Source of the DNA: Octopus vulgaris
Lineage: Eukaryota
DNA: 64,000 nt
Direction: 5' to 3'
Assembly: GCA_951406725.2 (NCBI GenBank)
Contig: OX597815.1
Coordinates: 134,974,001 to 135,038,000 of the forward strand
The notes beneath the pieces were generated by a model. It did not search any database. It saw nothing but the letters and a program-made list of their open reading frames with translations, and had not been told where the DNA came from. Position 1 is the stretch's first letter. Each line of letters begins with the position of its first letter. This document shows positions 51,008-64,000 of the stretch, one piece after another. Made by a program: the position numbers and the translations under genes.

Positions 51008-52014
51008 TATACACACTCATATACACTTATATATTTATATATATATGTATGTACACACACACACAGATGTATGTATACATATGTATATCCTTATATCCTT
51101 TACTGTTGTATGTCCACCAAAGTTATAAATATCATTGGGAATGCTGAAAATAAAGAACACAGAGCTTTCAAGTAAAAACTACTAGTGTGGTATCTGTTTT
51201 GTCCAAGATGTACACAGACAATCTCTCACTCTTAGAAATACAGTGAACCAGTGAATGGTTTATTGGAAACCTGTAACTAACAGCATTATTATTTACCAAA
51301 TGCTATAAATGAAATAAACAAGTTAAACAAACCAATTTTGGTCAATGTAGCGTAAGTGCTATTAATCAAATAATTTGTATTTTTATAGTTTTCTGAGAAA
51401 TTCTTACAAGTTCTGATAAGCAGCAGAATAGCTGACCTAAGAAAAATAGGAAAATACAATAGTGAAGTACTTGAGGTAAGTTTTATGATTTTTGAAATAA
51501 TATTTTCTGAAACCGGTATTAAGTTTATAAGGAAAGAGGAGTTATAGTCAATTGAATTGATTGCTACTTATTTTAACAGTCTGTAGTGATGACTAGCACA
51601 GTCAAATCAATTATAGTTACACATTTGTCCAAGGTCATATGTTATTTAGCTCAGGTGAAAGGCAAATGAATTCTGCCTGAGCAGATTTTTGATAAAAACC
51701 ATTCCAGCTGTGACAATCTCATCTTTCTGCCTGGATACATTGCAATAAGGACCCAATTATAGACAGTGTTTCTCTTTTAAATGCTATTGTTTGGAGATTT
51801 GGCTTCTATATTTAGGTCTAGCAACAGTATAGAGGCTACCTCAGTGACTCACAAAATCCCAAGTTTCTATGGGAACATAAACTTAATTCGATTTTTTTCC
51901 AAGTATGTGAACTTATTTTATCCAGTTTCTACAGAACATATATGAATGACATTAAATAGTGCAGATGAACAACCATTTCTACAATTTCTTCACCTTCATA
52001 TCTAAAATGATGAT

Positions 52015-52222
52015 GATTTCAAACATAGGCACAAGGATATCAATTTTGAGGTGGGTACAGGTGATCAAACTGAATCCCAGGACTTCAGTGCTACTTATTG
52101 TATCAACCTCTGGAAAGATAACATCAAAACTGAACATGGCAGGATTTGAACTCAGAATGCCATGAGTTGTAACTAAATACTGCAAGGCAATTTGTCCACT
52201 GCTCTACTAATTCTGCCATTCA
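52015..52222 (-). mobile_element. Decayed Nin/Deu-like SINE
   Basis: ataggcacaagg..aattttgagg..ggatttgaactcagaa..ctaattctgcca family motifs. Confidence 0.55.
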
Positions 52223-53820
52223 CTAGATATATTTGATATATATAGCAATTTTAATCAATCATCCTATAAATCCCTATACAACTCAATTATCACAAATCTT
52301 TTTTCACTCAGTTATCCTATAAATTTATTTTTGCTCAATTACCCCATTGTTTTAAACATACCTGGACAATGTAATGTATCTAAATGTTTCAAACTCTGAT
52401 TGGCAATTATCAGCTGGATTGCATGACAGTAAGTAAATGAAATTGAAGTCACAAATTAGAATAATTAAATAAATAAGCAAACTGAAAGCAAACAAAAATG
52501 GATGTCAATGATGACATGTATTTTCTTTCTTTTTCTTTTTCTTCTTCTTCTTTTTGTCTGTTTGTTAAATTTCAATTTGGCATTCTAGTGTTCAAATGAA
52601 GTTTGAATAACTGCGTTCTTATTCATATGATATTGTGGTTAGTTGAATTGGTTAGAGCAAGGTGAGGGGTGGAAAAGAGAGATATAAAGAAATTAAGCTA
52701 AAGAAGCAGAGAAAGCAGGAAAATGAGTGAGAGGGGAGGAAGGGAAACTATTGGTAAAAAGAATGCACATGACAAAAGAGAGAGAGATGAGGAGAAAGGT
52801 ATAAAGAGTAAAAGGGAGGAGAAATGTGAAGCAGAGAAGAGATGGGAAGAAGAAAGAAGAGATAGGCTGAAAAAGAAGTAAAATGATTGAACTGAGAGGA
52901 GGGGGAGGAAAGAAAGAAATCAATATAGACAGACTGATAAATAGACAGCCAAAGAGAGAGAGAGAGAGAATAAAGATATAGAAAACATGAAAAATGAGGA
53001 TATCTTAGGTTAGGCTTTCAGCTACAAGAATGGTAATATCTTTCATTGATTCTAAATTGCTTGAAAGTTTCAGTAATGTCTTAAGCTCCATCCACAAACC
53101 AACATGATGCACTTGCCTTACCTCTAATTTATTTCTGTATGCCTCACTAATTAATCTTTTACTGATTCCTACCAAATTCTCTCAAAAGATCTTTGCTGGA
53201 TTCATTTTAACAAGAAAAGAAAAACCCTTTGTTCTGCGACCCACATTAGTCCTTCTCATAAATCTGGGACAGTGCTGCTACTACATATACACATAGATAT
53301 TATAGACCGAGTTTCGAAGATCATACAGCTTATAGGTGCAGACTCCTCTTCTCCCAATTAACAAACTATAACCACTGATTCACAGATGCATGCTGAAATA
53401 CGACAAAATGCCAGAAGCATATTTGAACTCATGGTCTGTGAGTAGGTATTCTAATTGTATTTCTGCTTAGCCATTTCAACCCTTCAATCTACAATAGAGG
53501 GAGAAAGACTGTATGGTCACTGGCCCTGCTAAAATTAGCAGCCAAATCTTCAAATTACATTTTACCATCTTAAAAGAGTTAAGAACACATTGGATAATGT
53601 GGTCATATATATATTCAATTAGAGGTTGAATTAGCCTCATTAAGGGATGTTATCATCCAATGAATTACTGGTTTAATACCTAATACGTGTTGTGAATAAT
53701 AACATTCATAAAACAATGGGATTATATATAAATTATGGTTTATAATCATTCAAGAGAAAGTAAGAAAATTGAGATAAAGCATTTAATAAAAATTTATTAT
53801 CTGCTAAAATCATACACGGT

Positions 53821-53903
53821 CTCCTGCAGCTGTTTCAATTAGGCCTAATAGATTGAATAGTAATTAATAAAATCATTAAAATAGGCAAAATCTCTTCAGA
53901 GGG
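53821..53903 (-). ncRNA. Degenerate Penelope-type hammerhead ribozyme motif
   Basis: Minus strand CTGAAGA-g-attttgccta...taggcctaatt-GAAA-CAGCTG-CA, with palindromic stem III. The conserved U before the cleavage site is C. Confidence 0.4.
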
Positions 53904-54602
53904 ATAGAAAAAATATGTACCGTTAGGTTTTTAAGCGTTGTATTTTAAAATCATCACACAATTTCTGAATAAAAAACAGTATGGCCTTTGATAATGGAAC
54001 TGACATTTGAAGATTGATATCAGGCTACAGACTAGCAGTACTTATTAACACAAGACAATGAAAGAGTCTCTGTATGATCACTCAACTTGCTTGAAATAAC
54101 AGCCAAGCTGTTCTCAAATCACAACCTACTTTCAAAAATAACTATGGATGCACTTTGTCTGAAAGTAAGAGACAGGAAGATCATGGCTCAAATATTTTTG
54201 ATGATGCATGTTATGCATCTGAACTGTAGAGAAAAGTTTGGTATTTTTAATATGGTGAAAATTATTTATGGAAGAATGTGGCTCCATATTCTTTCTTGCT
54301 GAAGCAAGAGATGAAAGTACAAAATGGTAGTAAAACTCTAAAGTTAACTAGAAATTGGAAAAAAAAAATTAAGTCATGGATCCACTCAATATAATAGAGA
54401 AATAAACAAAAAGGTTGAAGATGACAGATAAGCAAAAAGATAAAAGAAAGAAAAAAGAAAGAAATTAAAATCAGAATAATCAACTTGATGAATGGGTAAA
54501 AGAAGAAAATAAAGAACTGAAATTAAAGATTATGAAAAACTGAAAGGTGAAGAACATGAATATATATATACTCTATGTGTATATGTGTGTGACCTATAGT
54601 AA

Positions 54603-55919
54603 TGTGGTGGTTGACTAATATAGTAGACAAAACCATTAGAGGAAAGAAACAGGCCTGGAAAGCCTGGAAGAATTGGGGTAGCAGGGAACTGTACCAGATA
54701 GCCAGAAGGGAAGCTGGGAGACAGGTATACATAGCCAAGGGAGAAGCAGAAAATAAGAAGTTTGCCAATGTTCAGTGATGTGAGGACCAAAGGACTGCAG
54801 GATAGTGTGTGAGAGAAAATTGTGATGTCATAGGAGAGAAATGTGTCCACATGGATGATTGTGCACTTGCTTTTAGTGATTCTGCAAAGAAAGAGGCTTG
54901 GAGAAGCCATTATGAAGAGCTGCTGAAGGTAGAGAATGAATGGGAGGAGGAGAGCCTGCCAAATTTTGACCCAGTCAAGGGATCAGCTACCTGAATATAT
55001 AACACCCTGGTAGATAAAGCAATTAAGGATATGAAGTTAGGAAAAGCCCCCGGCCTATCAAGAATCACTGAAGAGATGCTTAAAATATCTGGTGGTGTGG
55101 GTTATGGCCTAGTCACCCATATTGTAAACCAGGTAGTTCACAAAGGAGTCATACCCAATGACTGGCGTAGCAGCACCATTGTCAACTGCTACAAAAGTAA
55201 AAGTGATGCGTTTGATAGAAATAACTACAGGGGTATTAAACTAGGTCACAGAGAAGGTCATAGGCCAACTAATTAGGGAGAGAGTCTGCTTAGATGAGAT
55301 GCAGTTTGGTTTTGTGCCAGGTAGAAGCTCCACTGATGCTATATTTCTGGTAAGGCAACTGCAGGAGAAATACCTAGCCAAAGATAAACCTCTGTACTTG
55401 GCTTTTGTTGACTTGGAGAAAACCTCTGACAGGGTCTCCCGATCCCTTATCTGGTGGGCAATGCTGAAACTGGGGATCGACGAGTGGTTAATAAGAGCTG
55501 TACAGACCCTGTACAGGGATGTTGTTAGTAAGGTAAGGGTCAGCAATGAGTATAGTGAAGAATTCCGGGTAGAAGTAGGGGTTCACCAAGGATCAGCTCT
55601 CGGTCCCCTTTTATTCATCATAGTCCTCCAGGAAGTAATAGAGGAATTCAAGACAGGTTGCTCCTGGGAGTTCCTCTATGCTGGTGACCTTGCTCTTATA
55701 GTGGAATCAGTACCACTAGAGAAGAAATTTCAGGTGTGAAAGCAAGGTTTAGGATCAAAGGGCCTTAGAGTCAATGTTGCAAAAACCAAAATCCTAGTAA
55801 GTAGGAACCCGAACACCTCACAAATCCCTTCAGGTAGGTGGCTCTGCTTGATCTGTAGAAAAGGTGTAGGTAGAAACTCCATAAAATGCACTCAGTGTAA
55901 GCTATGGACACATAAGAGG
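54603..55919 (+). mobile_element. Decayed RTE-clade LINE reverse transcriptase fragment
   Basis: Frameshifted ORFs show MKLGKAPG, NNYRGIKL, QFGFVPGRSSTDAIF, LAFVDLEK, GVHQGSALGPLLF and YAGD (mutated YADD), then CLICRKGVGRNSIKCTQCKLWTHKR. Confidence 0.92.
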
Positions 55920-56000
55920 GGAAAAGGTGTGACTTATAGCCGAATATATATGGTATATATATGTATATGCATTTATTTATATATGTGTGTGTGTATACAC

Positions 56001-56051
<51 letters not shown>

Positions 56052-56442
56052 TATATATATCTCATCATCATTGTCAACATTTAATGTCTATTCCATGCTT
56101 CATAGGTTGAATAGTCTTGACAAGATTTAACAGATTCATTGGCTGTGGAGCAGTAACCATGCAGCCTGTAAAACCAAGATCTGAGTTGGTGTACAATAGT
56201 GTAGGAGGTGGTTTCATGATGTGGGATGTGGGGTTAAAATGAGAGAGAAGAGGGCAAAAGGAAGATCAGGAGAAGGGAGACATATGGTGAAAGATAAGAG
56301 ATAACTTGGCAGCTCAGGAGGGTGATCAATGTAAAATGTGGGTGGAGAAGTCTTAAAAATGAAAGATAGATTACAGCAAAATGGCTCTGGGCAGCAAGAG
56401 GAGTAAGTGGTATCAGGGGAAAAAAGTATCAGGAACCAGCTA

Positions 56443-56820
56443 AGGCGTGGTTAAAAAATTCTCTTAACCAGAATGGTTTCATGTTCAGTCAACTACATAG
56501 CAATTTGGACAAGTCTTTTCTACTATAGCCCTGAGCCAACTAAAGTCTTCTAAGTGGATTTGATAGACAGAGACTGAAAGAAAGCCATCATATATATATG
56601 TGTGAGCGTGTGTGTGCGCATCTCTCCTTGTGGTGACATCATGGGATAATTATAAATGAGTGGTGTCACTATCACACATGCAGCATCGTTTGTTTCCAGT
56701 CTTTCATGAAATATTGCTTGGAAATGAGTAAGGGTTGGCCTCGGTGAATTGCATCTGCCTCAAAAAATTCAGTCTGACCCCATCCAAGGATGGAAATGTG
56801 AATGTTTAAATGATGATGAT
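56443..56820 (+). mobile_element. Second SINE family head joined to an RTE-like (ATG)n tail
   Basis: ggttaaaaaattctcttaaccagaatggtttcatgttcagtc..tactatagccctgagccaac..gactgaaagaaagcc, ending ttaaatgatgatgat. Confidence 0.6.
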
Positions 56821-59800
56821 AAGATATTGATATACATAAATTTGTGACCATATGCACACACACTTATACATTCATACATAAATATATATATTTATATATA
56901 TATATATATATATATATTCTGGTAGTATTTAAGTATCTACATGTTGTATTGTCAAAATTAAAAATTTTCAAGCTTTATTTTTTAGTTCTATGTAAGATTT
57001 TCATTAACATCTTAAAAACTTACAAACACCCTTCTCAATTTTAGAATATATTATTTTAATAATAAGTATGTGTTTAAGCATTCTGTCTATTCTAAGTAAA
57101 AATATTTTCAAGCGTTATTTTCAAGTTCTAAATAAAACTTTATTAATCTCTTAGAGACTTACAGTCTCCCTTCTCTATTTTCCCACCCAGCCACCCACCT
57201 ATCTTAATGTTAGATGTTTGATATATGGTCTGAAACCTAAATTGTGTGTGTCTGTGTGTGCACATGTATGCATGCACATGTGCATACACACATGTAAAGC
57301 AATATAGCTTTTTTAATAACAAAGAAAATAAATTGTAAAAAATCAATAAAATTCTTAATGTACAGTTCTAAATTACAAAGAACCCTTACAAACAGAAACT
57401 ATTTCTCAAAAATCATCTTAATCAACTATTGACAGTTAACAAGTGAAGAAACAAAGACTTAAAAATGACCCAAGCCACCACTGAATTTTTACTGACCCTA
57501 TCTCTATGGTCAAGCGAAAAGCATAAACAATAAATCACTTTAGAGAATTAATTTCTCAAATCAAATCAGCTATATGCCACATCATAGAGACAATTAGTTC
57601 AGTCATTATATCCTTGCCTTTTACATGCACAACCAATTCAAGTGAAGAATTTCTTAAAATTGTTGAAATTGTAGCCCAATATCTTCATCCACTAGATGTT
57701 AAAACCTTTTTCTTTGAACATATTGATCCATAACATTTTTTTATCACAATCTTTCTCAACAAATCACATGCACTCTACTTGTATCTCACAGAAAGCCAGA
57801 AGCTGACACTGACTTGAGGATCAGAGTGTTTTGTAGCTTTTTCAGTCATTTGTCCACTCAACAGCCTTGTCTGTGTGTATATTCATTGAACAAATATGTG
57901 TGTGTGCATAATTTGTTCAGTGTATATTCATTTTGTTTTTTTTTTGGGGGGGGACGTTTTTCATTGATTCTGTTCACACAGCTGCAAGGGATGCACACCA
58001 GATCATTTGGGACCAATCTGCAACAGATGGACTTTGTATCCTAGGAAAAATTTATTTACCATCTCCATGACATTATGAATCTTAAGCTGTCAAGGTTTAG
58101 GTAGTATTAAGAAAGTTTATACATAAACCTGTTGGACAAGGCAAGTGAGCTAATCTGCATACATTCTTGTCGTGCTAGTGCAAGTTTGCATCTGTTCTAA
58201 AAATTAAATATTTAGATAGGGAGAGAGATTGCTAAAGTTCCTAGTTGAGGAGCAACAGTTAAAGCAAATAAAGTGGAAAGCAACTATTGTAGTTGAGTAA
58301 TCTGAGATTGACCATGGATTGAAGGACAAGGCGCAGTCCAGTGGTTTATTGTTCCTGATATATTGTGACTTTATTGAGTTGAAGTCCGCACTGCATGTTC
58401 AAACATGATGTAGGTTAATCATACAGTAAGCAATGTATCATTGCTTGCCATGATTCACTCTTTCCACTATTGTGCCTATTACAGTCTGATGGCCACCACA
58501 AAGTGGAGGAAACAGGCAAAGTGAACTTAGCCAGAAAATGACGATTTTCTTCCCATTCCCTTATCCCTGGGTGTGTGCTTTCCATAACTAACAAACTGCT
58601 TTGGATTGACATCACCACCTCACCATATGGTTATTGGGTGCATTTACCAAAGTTTATTTTATAGCAAACATATAGTAAGAAATAGTAACTGGCTCCCTCC
58701 CCATCCATGTTTCTCGTTGAAACATTGAGCTTTAGATGATCAAGAAGTGGAATAAATTTTATGTTGTGTGGAAAAAAAAAAACAGTCTAATGTCTTGAGC
58801 AGAACCCATTGCCAGAGAGGAAATTTAAATATCAACTAGTTTTCAAGGATCAATTAGGATTAGTAAGAAAGAGAGGAGGAAAGGAAGAGATAGAAGAAGC
58901 AAATATTAGTGGAGAGGAGAAATAATCAGTTTGAAAGGGAAAATAAAATAGCACCAGATGTAAAAAACTGTAAGCAGAGGAGAGGAGATAATGATGGAGA
59001 AATACTGTACATTTGTACAAACACTAACATACATGGTTAGATAAAGGTAATACCATTCTTGGATCTAATTTGCTTGAACTTACATGACCCTGATCCTCCA
59101 GCCATCTCAATTTTTCCATGGAATATAGTAGTTCTTTTTCGCAACAGTCATTGTTATCTATTAACTAATCAATCTATGTCTTTGCAAAGTGTCTAAAGTG
59201 GGGTTGTCACTAACCAGCTCTTCCTTCCTTCTCCAACAATGTCCAACAAAACTAACTCATCTTTCTCTCATGGCATCTAAAATCTTAGGAAGTTTGTCAT
59301 ATAATCTTTCTTTGTTGAAGTGTTCTTTTCAGGAAACATTCAAAATGATATTATGTATGCATGTGTAGCTGCATACTTTCAAAGTAAGCTTCATCTCATA
59401 ACATGCTTTGCTGTGTCATCAAATCCTTTTTAAAGAGACATAATTTTTGAGGGGCATTTAGGTCTCTCTTCAAATCTTGCCACTATCAATTTTGCCAGTC
59501 ATCTTTCTAGGGGTCAATAACTCTAGAAATACAAAACTCAAGTACTGTTTATCTAATTAATTATGCTCTTCATACAAATCTTGTGGTTTAATGCTTATGT
59601 TAGAAATTATTAATAATTCAATATTACCACCTTAATTTGCTATGAAACCTAATAGTAATCTAACTCCAGCATCTCTCAAACCTCAGCTGTAAACCTAATC
59701 TAATCATTAAACTGATCAAACAGAAATGTAATAGTATACAGATAAATACCTTCAGGAAATCAGAGAAAGAATGATAATCTCAAGTCAACAACGGAACTTA

Positions 59801-60752
59801 CATGTGGATGCTAGATCTGCCAGAAATAGATGCCAACTAACCCTCAAATTACTTCCTGTTGTCTCAAAATAAAAAGGACACACTAGGTAGTTTAGGGTAT
59901 ACTATGTCTGAAGAAAAATTTGGAGTGGTCATGTTTAGATTGGCTATAGTTATGGGGATACCCAATCAAGACTGACCTAGGGTCAACAACAATAAAGAAT
60001 GATCTTAACCTATTGCTTCCAGTGATAAACATCAATGTATCGTATAAGCATGTACTGAATTTCCAATTAAGATTGAAAATGTAACTGATCCAACTATAAA
60101 TTTTTTAAGTAGTTATTCTGAAGATCATATTAGAATGTTACTTTTAGAATCAAATTGCTCATCTTTAAACCATGTTTTATTATACCATGTGATTAATTCA
60201 AACTGTATATGTATACATTCCTCACTCTGTGCTGGCTGTGAAATTAAGAAGTTCCCTTCACAAATATGTGGTTCTAGATTTGAACTGATATGCATGGTAT
60301 CTTGAACAAGTGGACAAATGGAAACAATGTGGATTGTACCTATTCTAATACCCAGTATTAGATCTCTAACAGTTCATTCTGTTGCAAGCATTCAGACAGA
60401 GGATGTGGTTTCTTCTGATCTTTCCCATCTCTGCTCTCTGAATAAATCATTAAACTAAAATTATACATTCTGCATAGATTCATCTAATTCACTTAGTTTT
60501 ATCATACAACCATCTAAGAAACCATTACACTAACCTAATATGAATACAAAAATCAATCTTTAATATTTGTTTGTCTTCTACAAACTAAAACCAATCTCAC
60601 AACACTGATGGTGGTAAAGGCATAAACTGAAGCTCAATTGAATAGTCATTTAGTAAAAGAAAAATAATACACCATCCTTACATTAACTAAATTGCTGAAA
60701 AATATAAATTTTGTTACTAGACATCCTACTTATAAAAAAATATTCAAAAAAG

Positions 60753-60796
<44 letters not shown>

Positions 60797-60834
60797 CTTT
60801 TTATATATATGTGAAGGAAATGAGGTATGTTTTA

Positions 60835-61145
60835 CTGGTTATGTAATGTCAGTGTGCATGAATGATGGTATGCAAATGACATGAGAGAAAAGCTGTAAGT
60901 GAAAGGAATAATATACAGTTTGCGGAAGTGAGAATTGCATTGGTACAGGCACGGGCATGTGAAGCATACTGCTGACAATAGTTGCATAAAGAAGTGCAAA
61001 GAATTCTCAATTAGATGATGACAATGGAAGAGGAAAACCTAGGAAGACATGGGATGAAGTGAAAATTAATCTTGAAATACTGATTGTCACAAAAGGTAAC
61101 AAGATCTCAGGAAGTGATGATGTGTTGTTCTAGAGAAAACCTGCT
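60835..61145 (+). mobile_element. Decayed RTE LINE ORF C-terminus
   Basis: Translates, with stops and a frameshift, to WLCNVSVHE..MREKL..LHWYRHGHV..GRGKPRKTWDEV, the typical RTE RT C-terminal motif. Confidence 0.7.
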
Positions 61146-62294
61146 TGTTTGAGAAAATGTGGCAGAGAGAATACTAAAGAGGAAAGCATTGGTGACTGGG
61201 GTGCTATCACAGCATTTAACCACTGATCCCCACCCACCTCCTATTCTCAATGCTCTTTCATTACAACTTGTCAATTCTCATTCCCTGGCCCATCCCCACA
61301 ACCCCTACATCGCTTCAATGACCCTCCTCCCACAACATCTATGGATTCTTATCATCCTCATGTCTTTCATATCATCATCTTCCCATTTTCAGTTTCATAA
61401 TGTAAGATGAAATTGGACCATCACTACTCAATCCGTCCACCATTCTTATTACTCAGATCCTCCTACTCTCTCTCTCTCTCTCTCTCTCTAATTTGTGACG
61501 CTACTTTTCCTTCTGTCCCTTCCATATTTCACTTCCAAAAGTGTCTATTCTGCTTCTCTCTCCACTACCACACACAATAAATCTCTTCCTCTCATCGCAC
61601 TAAAACTTCTCTCAGCACTTCATCTAAAATCATCAATCACTCTCTACTTTGAGGGCCCTCTAGTTTTACACATATCAAGACGATCTCATTAGTGCTGAGG
61701 CTATAAAAATAAAAAGCACCCCAGTAAGCTCTGAAAATTCATTAGCAAATTGAGTAGAGATTATGATAGGTTAAGAGAATTTTTAGTCTTGCTAGGAGTT
61801 GACAAACTCTTATAGTAGTGTAGCCATGCAAAATACACCCAGTATACTCTGTAAAGAGATCTGAGTTGATGCTGAGGCATTGGTGTATGACACAATCCTG
61901 TATCTGACTGAATTCCTAACAAACTATCCAACTCATGTTAGTATAGGAAGCGAATGTAAAAAGATGATAATCATGATGATAATTGTATGTGTGTATAATG
62001 TTTCATCATCGTAGTTTGTATATATATATATATATATTACTGAGATATCAAATGAATTATATATATATTTACTAACAAAGATATGGCTATGTAAAAGGTA
62101 TGTATATGGATAGACTGATAAGGGAGGAAACTTTCCCACTAAGACACATTAATTGTGTGCTAGTTGGCAAGTAAATACTCACAGTTGATGTACTGCTGTC
62201 AGGTTCACATGAATCGTCCGACCATTGTAAAAGCATAGACTGATCAGACTATAAGGAGAAAATGGGCAAGAAAAAGAGGCCAACTTTAACAATA

Positions 62295-62332
<38 letters not shown>

Positions 62333-62788
62333 ATCTATATATATATATATATATATATATGACTGTATATGTATATATAAACATGAATAAATGAATGAAT
62401 GAATACATATAACTATATGTAAAAGTGTATTGTTAAAGTTAGTCTTCTTCTATATTTTTTTAAAAAAACAATGATAGCAACCGAGATAGCAATTATGTGT
62501 GGACATATAGAATCCAATATCCTAACGATAGAATATTTAAAATTTCTAGGCAAATATAATATGTATGTATACATGCTCACACACACGTGTGTATATGTAT
62601 GTATACATATATGAATATGTATGTATATATGTATGTATGTGTGCGTGTGTATGTGTATGTGTGTAATAGTGATGGGTATGGCTATGAGTTTAAGAAGTTC
62701 ATTTTGCAACTATATGGTTTTAGGTTTAAATCTCACTGTGTTTCACTTAGATAACTAGAGGTGCTAGTTTCCAAGTGAGCATTATATA

Positions 62789-62833
<45 letters not shown>

Positions 62834-62919
62834 GGGGGGATTCATGTGTGTATGCATATATGTGTGTGAGCATATATAATGCATATGTGTACATGCAGAC
62901 ACACACACTCACACATATA

Positions 62920-63783
62920 TACGAGGTCTGATTAAGAAGTATCTGTAGCCATAGTAATGAACCTAAAGCACAGAGTGAAGCTTCTTGGCACAGATTGATT
63001 TGAATTCTGTTGTGTTTGTGCACAAAGTTTTAACATTCTAGCTCACTTCCACTGTTTATAGCAGTACTTGGAAGGAAGGTGTGTAGCATGTGATCGTTGC
63101 ATTGACCCATAACAGAGAAAGTTGTCATGGTGATACCTGCTCAGAAGCCTACGAAAAGTTGCAGAAAGTGTATGGAGAGGAGTTGTATAAGTCACACACA
63201 AGTGTACAAGTGGTTCAGACATTTTCAAGATGGCCAAAAAAATGTCAATTTTGATGACTGCTCTGGGAGACCCACAGCCAGCGGAACTAAGTAAAACATC
63301 ACAGATACGTGTGAAACTGTGGGAAAACTGTCGAATCACCATCCATGAATTATCAAAGGATGTGCAGATTAGTTACAGTTCAGTTTAGTCCATTATCACT
63401 GAAGATTTGGGCATGAGACGCGTGTCTACCAAGTTTGTGCCAGAACTGCTTTCAGTTGCACAAGATCTCCGTGATTGTGTTGAGAACAATGAAAACTTTT
63501 TGGAAACTCTGCGTAGGCCTCTGAGCAGGTATCACTGAGCTTTTGACAAAATTTGATGTAGATTCTCTGTTCAACTTTCTCTGTCATGGTCAATGCAACA
63601 ATCACACGCTACATACCTTCCTTCCAAGCACTGCTGTAAACAGCAGAAGTGAGCTAGAATGTTAAAACTTAGTGTGCATGCACAGCAGTGTTCAAGATCA
63701 ATCTGTGCCAAGCGGCTTCACCCTGTGTGATTTAGCTTCATTATTATGGCAACAGTCTGGATACTTATTGATCAGACCACGTA
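62920..63783 (+). mobile_element. Non-autonomous mariner (Tc1/mariner) derivative with long inverted arms
   Basis: TA-flanked ends TACGAGGTCTGATTAAGAAGTATC / GATACTTATTGATCAGACCACGTA. Internal decayed HTH region reads EAYEKLQKVYGE..QVYKWFRHFQDG..DDCSGRP..RITIHELS..LGMRRVSTKFVPELL. No DDD domain. Confidence 0.88.
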
Positions 63784-63797
63784 TATATATATATATC

Positions 63798-63831
<34 letters not shown>

Positions 63832-64000
63832 GAGAGAGACAGATAGATAGAAAGATAGATACACATGATTTTTAGTTCAGTTTGGTTGTAAAAGAATATA
63901 TCAATAATATGCAGTTTTCAAACCCACACTAGCATGGTAAAATGGATATGTATATATGTATTTGTGTGTATATACATACATGCATGTGTGTGCATACATA

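Noticed and set aside
52360-52430. Alternative upstream NR exon ending at a CAG|gtatgt donor
   Set aside because: The phase-0 frame has a stop 6 codons before the donor; at most a UTR exon, unsupported.
57640-57690. Minus-strand LGYNFN peptide resembling an NR zinc-finger loop (second receptor?)
   Set aside because: No flanking cysteines, and a stop follows within 8 codons; likely chance.
58280-58640. Possible Tc1 transposase remnant on the minus strand
   Set aside because: Only vague resemblance to HGGG/WPSxSPDL motifs, many disruptions and no TIRs; cannot be supported by eye.

Overview
AT-rich, microsatellite- and transposon-dense eukaryotic DNA. The repeat families resemble those of an octopus/cephalopod genome; that assignment is inference. 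The only supportable host gene is a spliced minus-strand nuclear hormone receptor of the NR1J (HR96/DAF-12/NHR-8-like) group. Its four phase-consistent GT-AG coding exons are 48517-48353, 43801-43684, 42610-42144 and 32429-31920, giving 419 aa (two C4 zinc fingers with P-box CESCKA, hinge, LBD). A candidate Met-bearing first exon lies at 49518-49456. The rest is intronic or intergenic and holds several tRNA-derived SINE families (one copy with a perfect 15-bp TSD), two Dong/R4-type RLE retrotransposon 3' ends inside (TAA)n, decayed RTE LINEs and a Helitron PIF1 fragment. It also holds piggyBac-type MITEs, a mariner derivative with long inverted arms, a fold-back element and degenerate Penelope-type hammerhead-ribozyme motifs. 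Most ORFs in the supplied track are microsatellite or repeat artefacts. No CRISPR, rRNA or real tRNA gene is supported.
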